A stretch of 64,000 bases of DNA from Lama glama (taxonomy: Eukaryota): assembly GCA_028534125.1 (NCBI GenBank), contig CM052816.1:21144001-21208000 (forward strand), written 5' to 3'. Within the stretch, counting starts at the first letter, position 1, and the number at the start of each line of letters is the position of its first letter. Of this stretch, positions 1 to 10,099 are shown piece after piece. Position numbers and translations under genes: made by a program. A model generated the notes under the pieces. The model was not told the origin of the DNA and made no database searches. It was given only the letters and a program-made list of their open reading frames with translations.

Positions 1-753
1 AGGAGCTGTGGCCAAGAGCAGCATGCTGCCCCCAGAATCTTCATCTGTGCTGGGCTAGAGGACAGTTACTGAAAGGACCCAGGAGATTGTATTTCAAGTG
101 TATTTAACTCTATCAAGTCTAAATACATGGTATCCAATAGATGTAAAATGAGATTCAGACAGGGTTGAAAGGGATTAAGGTGTATTTTAACAAAAGCTCC
201 AACAAGCAAATTTGTTTCAACAAATGACAGAGATTTGTGCTACATACAACACTATTATAGTATATCTGGTTCTTGATTATTTTGTGCCTAGTGGCAGATC
301 ACACTCCCCGTGGCTTAGCACGTTTACAAAAAAACTGTTCACAGTGAACGGACTTCACAAATCACCTCTAAATGTGTGGCTCAGCCATTCATACCCCCAC
401 CACTACTTACACAGCCCCAGCTGGCAGAGATGCCAGCTGGACTCCACTGCCTAGAGAATGGCTCTATAGTGTCACAGCTTCCGAGGGGCAGCTGGCTCCT
501 CCCTCACAGCCACGCTAGTCATCTCTTCCTCCTTCTGACAGCACAGTGTTTGGAGCAGGCTTAGCCTCAGAACTAGCCCATCTCAACTAAAAGCTCTAGG
601 AGCTGTGCCTTCCCATCACAAGGGTCACCTTGAAATGTCATTCTTTAACACAGACATTCCTCTAGTTAAGCGAAGAAACTACTTTGCTTGAGAGTAACAA
701 AGGAGAAATGTGCCTAAAGCTTGACCAAATACTGTACATTAAACAAAGCATAC

Positions 754-759
754 TTTATT
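754..759 (-). terminator. Candidate CCNI2 poly(A) signal (AATAAA on minus strand)
   Basis: tttatt at 754-759, ~480 nt downstream of the last-exon stop. Confidence 0.45.
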
Positions 760-1241
760 GAGTCCTTATAAAGCAAAGATATAAATCATGGCCAAGTCAG
801 GGTAAACGTATCTGGAGAGACGGCCCCCTTTTGCAGGGGCAGGCAGGGTACTTGGGACTTGAAGTGCTGCACATGTTCCTGGTATGAGCCTGGGAAGCTG
901 GGAGAACCTGGCCAGCTCTGGCAGGTGGAACAGTGAGAACTTGCCTGTCAGCACCAGCAAGGCTGACCCCTGGCCTCGTACTCCAGCTGTCTGATGAGCT
1001 AATCCAGCCCTTGATGGAGAAGGAAGAAAAACCAAGCTGCAGTATGAGCACTTACTCCTTCTCCCTGGTCTCAGGCCCAGGGTTGTGAGGGAGGCAGGGT
1101 TTTGATATGTCAGGACTACCCTTCCCTTTAGGGACCCCAACCTGTCTTTTTCCCCCCTCATTTTCTTCTAAAGACTCAGGAACATTTTCTCAGTTGCTCT
1201 TTCTGGGCTTTCTTCCTTTCTTGTTATAGGATCCATAAAGC

Positions 1242-1412
1242 CTAGACTAGAGAGGAGTCCAACCAAGAAGGGATCACCATTATGCTCCAAAGGGCATTGG
1301 GGTACGGACACAGAGGCTGGCAGGTGAAACAGAAAGTGCAGGAGGATGACTCAGAACTTGCCAGCTGCTGCTTTACTAGTTTCTTGCAGCGGTTCAGCTG
1401 CCAAATACTGAC
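1242..1412 (-). CDS. CCNI2: CCNI2 exon 6 coding part (VSIWQLNRCKKLVKQQLASSESSSCT... to TAG)
   Basis: aattacag| acceptor; first ~26 codons resemble the human last exon, then the frame departs and reads to TAG at 1244-1242. Confidence 0.7.
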   Translation of the reverse strand, partial: VSIWQLNRCKKLVKQQLASSESSSCTFCFTCQPLCPYPNALWSIMVIPSWLDSSLV

Positions 1413-2051
1413 CTGTAATTAAAACAGAACAGTGGTCCTTGAGGAGATCCATTCTACATTCTGAAGAATGAGTAACTGAGTGACAAAATGTTACCATGGA
1501 GCAATTCAGGAAGATCCAACCACCCAACTTAATAACATTAACACCACCATCTCAGGGACCTCCCTCTTCAACCTCAGTAAAACTGCTGTTAGTCTAACTG
1601 CATTCTGTCTTACCCTGTCCATCCTGAGCGATTCTGACCTCCCAGTGTCTACCTCATGGTACCCCAGTGCCTGGTACCAGATCGAGCGTCAGGGGTCTGA
1701 AATTTACATTCCCCAATATTACCCCCAGGGTTGCTTCCTCCTGAGCTAGACATGTCCCTGCATCCTCTTGCCTACAAGGACTGCCACTGAGATAAAGCTT
1801 CTCTCACTGTCAGAGAAACCCACTCCAACTGGTCTGGTGAAGGTAATCTGTGTCTCATACCCAAGCCCAGACAGCGTGCCATGTGTGGAAAGCCTAGCCC
1901 CGAGGAAGACTCTGTTCAGAGTCATGATGGCCAGACCATCCTCTGGAGCCCACAAGGGCAAAGAAGGGCCATGGGTGCCCTTTTGGGGTCAGAGTGCATC
2001 AGCTAAAGGGGCAAAACTGAGAGCCTGGTCAAGGGCAAAGTTGATTTCTAC

Positions 2052-2282
2052 CTGTGCTTTCTTTAGCAGATCAGATATAGGAGTACAGCAGTCGGGCATG
2101 AGCCTCTCCAACTCTAAGGTGATGATGACCAAGGCCAGTGTGGAGCCCTTGAACTGCAGCAGCTGGTGGCCCGCCATACAGTGCTGCAGCTGCCTGGTCA
2201 GGGACGCGACGTGGAGGGAAGGATTCCTCTGAGGCAGCAGCTCCTTCACATGGGGCCAGCCCAGGACCACCAGGCCGTGGAA
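2052..2282 (-). CDS. CCNI2: CCNI2 exon 5 ([19 protein letters not shown]...DLLKKAQ)
   Basis: ctccag| acceptor, CAG|gtagaa donor, 231 nt; near-identical to remembered human protein. Confidence 0.9.
2067..2232 (+). CDS. SEPTIN8: Septin-8 alternative terminal coding exon (upstream exons lie before the window)
   Basis: Acceptor tgtgctttctttag|C AGA TCA GAT; translation [54 protein letters not shown] (TGA 2230-2232) matches the remembered C-terminus of the long human SEPT8 isoform; synteny SEPT8-CCNI2-KIF3A. Confidence 0.9.
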
Positions 2283-3430
2283 CTGGAGACCGTGGTTTTT
2301 AACGTTAGAACAGAAAACCCCCTACTTTTCATTTATCAATGACCAAAAGTGCAAACAATTTAAAAATTTCCATCAGGGAACATCAAATGTTGTCCAGCCC
2401 TTTTCATTTCCATTCATGCCCCCACAAGGGGCTTGAGTCATGGCCTCACAAGGGGCTTAAAGCTTAATACCCACTCTGTGGCCAAGCTCAGTTTCAACCC
2501 TGGAGAGAAAAAGACAGTTTGTTTTGTAACATGGTCATTATGAGCCTAAAGTGCCCATGACAATGTTTCAATTCTGAAAAATAGAAGCCTACGATTCAAG
2601 ATTAAGGTAGCAGAAGAGTTACTTGTATCTGCTGGACATGAAAAGAAACTCTGCAACTTGGCAACAGTGACTAGTTTTCATGATACAGCCCTCAGTGATT
2701 TAATCTTCATGCTTCATAACAGACCAAAACCCCATGACATTTCCACATTGCATAATTTTGCCTTACTAACAGAATCATACCCTTAAGGATAACCATCATT
2801 CTCTAACTAAAACAAATACAAACTAATATGACATTTTTTAAGTGCCAGATCAATATATGGTCTAAAGCCTCAATAAGGATTGTGTGTAGGTGAAGAAAGA
2901 CAGCTAAGTGAATGTGTGTAAAGTGTAGCAAAAGCAGACAGATTTTTATGTACAGTATTCATAGAATGGAAAGTTACATATTTTTGCAGTGTGTATTTAA
3001 AAGAGAAACTCACCATAATAGTGCCGTCTAAAAATCTTTGTAAAGTTAATTTAATGTCCTTTAGAAGTGGGAGTCTGGTGGAACTGTGTTGGATTTAAGA
3101 TAAAATTACACTCTTCCGTATGTCGTGAGCCTGTGGGTCACCTCACTGTGATGCATGTGCAAGGATGTGTGCTTTGCCATCCTATGTTGTGAACAGCTGT
3201 TCCAAAGGCACAAATGAGTCCAGGGTAGGCTCTGGAAAGTCCTCATACTTACTATGACCAAGAAATCCAGCGGTGTCCCAATATAGTGGTCCCAGTGCAG
3301 TTTGTCCAAAATAGCCAGCTCCATCCTCAGCAGCTCATTCGGGGAATAGCCAGAGCCATAGTGCTTTATGAAGTCTTATATGCGTGGAATTAACTGTAAA
3401 AAGAAAATAAAGAGGCCAAAGCCCTACTCC
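2233..3430 (+). other. SEPTIN8: SEPTIN8 3'UTR with poly(A) signal AATAAA at 3406-3411
   Basis: Repeat-free AT-rich sequence after the stop; first AATAAA I found downstream is at 3406-3411, followed by GT/T-rich sequence; end position inferred. Confidence 0.65.
3253..3393 (-). CDS. CCNI2: CCNI2 exon 4 (LIPRI*DFIKHYGSGYSPNELLRMELAILDKLHWDHYIGTPLDFLVI), contains in-frame stop
   Basis: tttttacag| acceptor, ATA|gtaagt donor, 141 nt; codon 6 is TAA. Confidence 0.85.
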
Positions 3431-4833
3431 ATGTCATGGTAGCTTTTGTTTTCTTATCCCTGGGGGGGCTGGGCATCTATGACCCTAGTAGATTTGTCTT
3501 CTAGTGACCTGTCACTGAAGCTGCTTCTGAAAGAAAAACCAAACCAGATCTTGGCTATCTGTCAAGTCCCCAGGTACCTGTGACAATATGTAGTGAATGT
3601 CACATGGTCACCCTCTGCCAACAGGTCTTGCTCCCCAACTGTACTCCAGCTTATACCCGAAGGTGCCTTGGAGGCTGGGGCTGTGCCGTCTCCCCGATTC
3701 AGCTGTAAGAATGCACTCAAAGCTTTCCAGCTGTAGGCTCTACCCATTTCTGTTATCTTTTCCCTTGTCTTTGAGAAGAAGAGTAAGTAAGCCTTTGAGC
3801 TTCATGGTCTAAATTAGACAGATTCATTGATAAAACCTCTCATGGTTTTGGCAACACCATAGCTGCAAACACATTCCTTTCAGCCTTTATTTAAGGCAAT
3901 TCACTTCTGGAAAAACTATGACTTTTTCCCAGGGAGACTAATAAGGCTTGTCTATGAGTAAACATTCAAGTACCAAGTGCTTTGAAGGCTTGGTCCTACT
4001 TTTTTAGATAAAGTATTACTATAACCTCTAGAAATATTTCTTTCAAGGACTATTTTCTTGACTTTTAATTGGACAAAAGTATCTTGTGGGACAGAAATTA
4101 TACTCTAATAAACAGGGTTAAAATATTTTTTATTGACTGTTTGGAACTGCACACATAAGCAACTTTTTCAGGCACCCTTGGTTCCTGAGATCAGCCGAGG
4201 GAGTCCTTGTAGAAATGGTGGTGGTTCCACTATCCTGAAAGGGGAAGAGGTTGGAGGGATGGAGGAAGGGAGGTGTGGGAAGGATATTGGAAAAGAATCT
4301 TATACTAAACAGAAGCCCTAGTGCAACTGAGAAGTTCAAGCGAGCCTGAAGTACTTATGGGGGCTTCTCTTCCACCTGCTGCACATGGCCCTCATGCCCA
4401 TTTTGGAGAATGGTCCCAGAGTCCCTGAAGACCAGTTTCATTGATACAGCCAAGTCCTTAAGTCTCAAGCAACTTTCTTAGATGTAGTTTCTGAGGGGTG
4501 GCCATTAGGCCATATGGTTTGGAAGGCCTTTTCCTCTGCTTAGTGGGAGGTGGCATCTGGCATCAACCAATGAAACAACATATCATATCTGCCAGGATGT
4601 CAGGCCTCTGGCTTTGCTGGGCCAAGACCATTCAGCTGTGCTAATTCCTCATTTGTGGGGTGCCAGATTCTGGCAGTCCTTAGGAAGGAACAGCAGAGAT
4701 CCTGGATAGGTAATGAGTTTTCCAAAATGCCCATTCCCAAGAGCTCAGACCTTTCAGGAAACTTGAGTGCTCCCAGTGTTACACACCCTGATACTTCGAA
4801 AGCAGCTGAGAATGAACTTCCAGGGATGCATAC

Positions 4834-4908
4834 CTCCTCCTCTTCGTTAACTTTTGCAGCAAGTCTTAAGGAAGTAATTGTGACACAATGGAGTAAATGC
4901 TTTTTTAT
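4834..4908 (-). CDS. CCNI2: CCNI2 exon 3 (IKKHLLHCVTITSLRLAAKVNEEEE)
   Basis: ctgcag| acceptor, GAG|gtatgc donor, 75 nt; cyclin-box LAAK.EE motif. Confidence 0.9.
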
Positions 4909-5491
4909 CTGCAGTATGGAAGAAACACATTCAAGCAGAATATGAATGCCAGAAACTAACTATAAAGCATCTGTGTTTTTTTTAAGAACTTAAGTTTTTT
5001 CTTTTTAAATTTTTTAAAAAGACTGATTATATTTATCTATAAGAAAGTTAGTCCCAGTTTTAGATGTGACCAGTGATAACTTGGTTTCAGAACCACAGAT
5101 AACTGACTAGTCTAGTCCTTTGTGGGAGGACTGACTGAAGGTGGGAAATATGGCACTATCTCAGGCAACACACAGCTCCATCCTGGCCTTTCGCTGCACT
5201 GGACCAGTCCAGACAAGCACACCCCACCTCATCACATGGGGAGTCCTTTCCCAACTGTATCTTCTCATGCTCCCCAGATGGACCCCTGTCAGCCGCACAA
5301 CACTGAGCCAGACAGGCACAGTGGTAGGACATGGAGAGGTTGCAATTCCAGTTCTACCACTTGGAGCTATTTACATCGTTTATGAGCCTCAGTTTGAAAA
5401 TCTGGGATGGCTCACTTGTCAGGCAGCAATGGGAAACAGAGGTCAATTTCTGCGCCCAACATCTGTCACCATCCATCAGAGATCTCCCTAC

Positions 5492-5623
5492 CTTTACTGA
5501 AACCATGAGGCGACTGAAGATACTAAGAGCCAGGTTAAAAGTGGTCTGGGAGAAGTCAAAGATGTTCTCAATTCTCAGGAGCCATAACATGACTTCCTGG
5601 AAGGCGTCGCAGGTCTCCACTTG
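5492..5623 (-). CDS. CCNI2: CCNI2 exon 2 (QVETCDAFQEVMLWLL...LMVSVK)
   Basis: ctcttcttttcag| acceptor, AAG|gtaggg donor, 132 nt, phase 0-0. Confidence 0.85.
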
Positions 5624-5899
5624 CTGAAAAGAAGAGGTCGGGGAGGGCAGGGAGGGTCTCTGGTGGCTGGACTTGGTGCACCAGGGGCTCGACCCCCTGC
5701 TCAATGTGCCCAGAGGAGCTGTGAGAAGCGCCTTCGCCTTAAATCGCGGTCGGATAAAGTGCCTCTCTTGTCTAGCAGCTCCCTCAATTCAGACCCTTCT
5801 TCCCGCACCCATTGTTTTGGTCCTAAGCAAAGTTCCCCAATTCAAACAAGCCCTCGTCACAAGCACCTACTAGAGAAGTACCGTTTCAGTGAGAATCCC

Positions 5900-6780
5900 G
5901 GAGAGTGCCGCCTCTTGTCTCGTGCAGGGGACGCACCTGGGGAAGGTGCTGACTCCAGGGTGCGGCTCACCTGAGCCAGGGTGCAGGCGGAACCCGGCCG
6001 CGTCCGCACGGTGCGCGCGTGAGGACGGGGATGAACGTGCTCCTGGGAGGGCCCCGCGCGAGGACCGGGGCCTGGAGTTGGCCGCCCCGCCACAGGCGCG
6101 CCTCGCGGCCCAGGGCCTGCGTCAAGTGGGCGTCCAGCTGGCGCTCGTCCACAGCGCCTGCCCAGTCTTTCGGCTCCAGGAGGCACTGGCCTAGGTCGCG
6201 GGGCGGCGGGGGTGGCTTCCACATAGCGAGGGCTGGGACGGGGCGCGCAGCTTGCCGAGCCTGCGTTGCCCTCAACCTCGGTCCGGTCCCGGACGGTGCG
6301 GGGAGCCGGGCCGCTCCACGCTGGTACGCCTCCGGGAAACTTCGGCTCGCCGCGGGGAGAGACACTTCCCCCGGAGGCGGCGAGAGAAGACAGCGAAGGG
6401 CCGTTGCGTCCGGACTCTCGCCTGGACGCTGGACAGGTCCTACCTCCGAGGCCAATGTCTGCGGCGGGGGCTGCCCGCCGGAGGCCATGGCGGCGCCAGG
6501 TCCTGGGTCTGGGTCCCGGCTTAACCCGGCTTTTTCTAACCCAGCGCCCGGGACACACAGCTGGGGCTGCGCGGGGCGGGGCGGTCTCTGCGGGCCCACC
6601 CCGCAGCCCTGGCCCGGGCGCTGGGGGCTCGCTCCTCCTGGCCACTTGCTCGCGAGGTGAGGGGCACGCACCTGGGACGCGGCGGGACAGGGCACACAGG
6701 TGGGTGAAGGATCCCCCCTACTCGTCCGGCCACCGAGCGCCAACCCACTGAGCCCCTCTTCCCCACCCTAAGTCCGAGTC
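5900..6780. promoter_or_regulatory. CpG island / CCNI2 promoter-exon 1
   Basis: Very GC- and CpG-rich; GC boxes ggggcggggcgg at ~6573-6584. Confidence 0.8.
6072..6488 (-). CDS. CCNI2: CCNI2 exon 1 coding part (MASGGQPPP...EARLWRGGQLQ, 139 codons)
   Basis: ATG at 6488-6486 in gccgccATGG Kozak context; 3' boundary placed by protein homology and followed by GCCCCG rather than GT. Confidence 0.7.
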
Positions 6781-8355
6781 TCTGGCATAGGGTCTTGAGT
6801 CCAGGATGGGGTGGGTAGCTGGTGACCACACAGGCCCTGGAGAAGGTTATGTATTGAAGCCCTGCAATGTGTTAGGGCGCTGGCACATAACAGTAAATAA
6901 AACAGACGTGGAGCTTACCTTCTAGTTGGGACAGAGACAATAAACATGGGTAGAATATATGGAAATCCCAGCACTTCCACGCCTAAGTATGTGCCAAACA
7001 GAAATGCACGTGTGCACCAAAAGACACCTACTTATTTAGAGCAGCTCTATTTGTAATAGCCCCAAAGTGGGTTCAACTCGAATGTCCATCAACAGTTGAA
7101 TGAGATAAACAAATTGTGGTATATTCACACAGTAGGATACTACACCACATTGAAAAAGAATGAACTGCTAAAACCAATAAGAAAGATTCTCACATAGTAT
7201 TGAATGTGATGAGACAGATATAAAAGAGTTATCCTTCCATTTATGGTTATGGAAGTTATGATTCCATTTATATAAAGTATAAAAACAAGGAAAACGAATC
7301 TATAATGTTAGACTCAAGATAGTGGTTACCCTTGGGGGCATATTTACATGTTGAAAACTACAAAACATCTGAAAGAAATTAAAGAAGACCTAAATAAATG
7401 GAGAAACATTCCATGTTCATGACTTGGAAGATTTAAATTGTTAAAATGGCAATACTTTCCAAATTATTTAAATTCAACATAATCCCTGTTATGCTTGCAA
7501 CTGTATTTTTGCAGAAATTGACAAAGTGTTTCTAAAATTCCTATGAACATGTAAGGGATTCAGAATGGCAAACACAATCCTGAAAAAGCAGAATAAAGAT
7601 GGAGGCTTCACACTATCTGATTTCAAAATTTACTGCAAGCCTATAGTAATCAAGATACTACAGCACTGACATTAGGATAGACATATACAGGGATAGACAT
7701 ACATAGATTAATGGAATTGAATTGAGAGTCTAGAAATCAACCCTCCTATTTATGACCAATTGGTATTCGACAAAGGTGCCACAATAATTCAGTGGGGGAA
7801 GAACAGTCTTTGTAGCAAATGATTATGGGTTATTTATGTGCAGAAGAATCAAGCTGGATCCCTATACCATATTTTACACAAAAATAACTCAAAATAGATC
7901 ATAGGTATAAATATAGGAATTAATGCTATAAAACCCTTAAAAGAATAAATCTTCATGTCTTGGGTTGAGAAGTAGTTTCTTAGATACACACCAAAAGTAC
8001 AACAAAAGAAAAAATATATAAATTGGACTTGATCAAAATTAAAAACTTTTGAGCTTCAAAGAATACCATTCAGAAATTTAAAAGACAGTGCTCATAATGG
8101 GAGAAAATATATGTGTATCATATGCCTGAAAAGAGGCTTGTATTTAGAATATATATAGAATCTTACAATTTAATAATGAAAAGAAAGATGAAAAGGGCAA
8201 AGGACTGGCTAGACATTTCTCTGAAAAGACATTCAAATGGTCAATAAGCACACAAAATGATGTCCAACATCACTAGTCATCAAGGAAGTACAAATCAAAA
8301 CCACAATGAGATATTATTTTACACCAGTAGGATGGCTGTAATAAGAAAGGCAAGA

Positions 8356-9410
8356 CATATGGAATGGGAAAAAATATTTGCAAATGATGCTATTACAAGG
8401 GCTTAATCTCCAGAAAATACAAACAGCTCATACAACTTAATAACAAAAGAAGAAAACAAACAACCCAATCCTAAAATGGGCAAAAGATCTAAACATACAA
8501 TTCTCTAAAGAAGACATACTAATGACCAATAAGTACATTAAAAAATGCTCAATATCACTAATTATCAGAGAAATGCAAATCAAAACTACAATGAGGTATC
8601 ACCTCACACCAGGCAGAATGGCCATCATTTAAAAATCCATAAACGATTAATGTTGGAGAAGATGTGGAGGAAAGGGAACCCTCCTACACTGTTGCTGGGA
8701 ATGTAGTTTGGTGCAGCCATTATGGAAAACAGTATGGAGATTCCTTAAAAAACTAAAAAGACAATATGATCCAGCAATCCCACTCCTGGGCATATATCCA
8801 AAGGGAACACTAGTTCAAAAAGATACAAGCACTCCAATGATCATAGCAGCACTATTTACAATAGCCAAGACATCGAAACAACCTAAATGTTCATTGGCAG
8901 ATGACTGGCTAAAGAAGTTGTTATCTATCTATCTATCTATCTATCTATACCACAATGGAATACTACTCAGCCATAAAAATAGCAAAATAATGCCATTTGC
9001 TGCAACATGGATGGACCTGGAAACCATCATTCTAAGTGAAATAAGCCAGAAAGAGAAAGAAAAGTACCATATATCACTTATCTGTGGAATTCTTAAAAAG
9101 GGCACAAATGAAGTTATTTATAAAACAAACAGACTCACAGACATAAAAAAAACAAACTTATGATTACCAAGGTGGGAAGGGGGTGGGAAGGGATAAACTG
9201 GGATTGAGATTTGAAGATACTAATAAATATAAAATAGATAAACAAGTTTATACTGTATAGCACAGGGAATTATATTCAATATCTTGTAGCAACCTATAAC
9301 AGAAAAGAATATGAAAACAAATATATGTATATGTATGATGAAAATATTGTGCTGTACACCAGAAATTGATACAACATTGTATACTGACTATACTCCAATT
9401 TAAAAAAAAA
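8356..9410 (+). mobile_element. Younger 5'-truncated L1 with poly(A) and TSD aaaggcaaga
   Basis: ORF 8708-9163 = L1 ORF2 C-terminus ([24 protein letters not shown]); TSD 8346-8355 and 9411-9420. Confidence 0.9.
8922..8948 (+). repeat. (TATC)n microsatellite inside the L1
   Basis: tatctatctatctatctatctatctat. Confidence 0.9.
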
Positions 9411-10099
9411 AAAGGCAAGATAATAGCAAGTGTGAGGATGTAGAGAAATTGTAAACCTCTTACATTGCTGGTGGTGAGGCCACTGTGAAAAACAGCTTGG
9501 CAGTTCCTCAAAATGTCAAATGTTAGAGTTTCCAAATGAGCCAGCAATTCTACTTGTAGTATACACCCAAGGGAAATGAAATATATTTACATTAAAAACT
9601 TGTAGCAGCATTATTCATAGTAGCCTAAAAGTAGAAACAACCCAAATACCTATCAACTGATAAAGGGATAAAAAGTGGTATATCCATACGATGGAACATT
9701 AGTCAACCGTAAGAAGTAAAAGGTTACTGATTTGTTCTACAGTAGAGATGAAACTTGAAAACTTTAAGTGATAGAAATCATTTCACAAAAGGTCATATAT
9801 TATATAATTCCACTTTAATGGACTGTCCAGCATAGGCAAGTCTACAGATATACAATGTAGATTGGTGGTTGCCTAGAACTGGGATGTTGTGAGGGGAAGA
9901 GGAAGTGATGGCATTGAATATAGAGTTTCTTTTTAGGATGATAAAAAGGTTTAAAATTGATTGTGATTATGGTTGCACAACTCTGTATATAGTAAAAATC
10001 ACTGAGTTGTACAACTTAAATTGGTGAATTGTATGATATGTGATTATATCTCAATAAAGCTGTGTATATGTACATATAATATATACCATATATATGGTA

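Larger units (their letters stand above)
1242..6488 (-). pseudogene. CCNI2: Cyclin I family member 2, six exons, disabled (premature TAA 3376-3378; no canonical exon-1 donor at the homologous position)
   Basis: Exon translations match remembered human CCNI2 (MASG..., [55 protein letters not shown]); lesions read directly from the sequence. Confidence 0.8.
6965..10060 (+). mobile_element. Old L1M fragments (3' ORF2 and 3'UTR) hosting a younger L1
   Basis: Degenerate L1 ORF2 3' motifs (caaatcaaaaccacaatgagata; ctcaataaagctg). Confidence 0.85.

Noticed and set aside
1768..2066. N-terminal part of the 154-aa + ORF as a stand-alone gene
   Set aside because: Starts at TTG and only the part after the acceptor at 2066 matches SEPT8; the rest is intron
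5857..6829. Several long overlapping ORFs in both directions (e.g. 5857-6645 -, 6019-6660 +, 6266-6751 +)
   Set aside because: Expected stop-codon scarcity in a CpG island; only the MASGG frame shows homology
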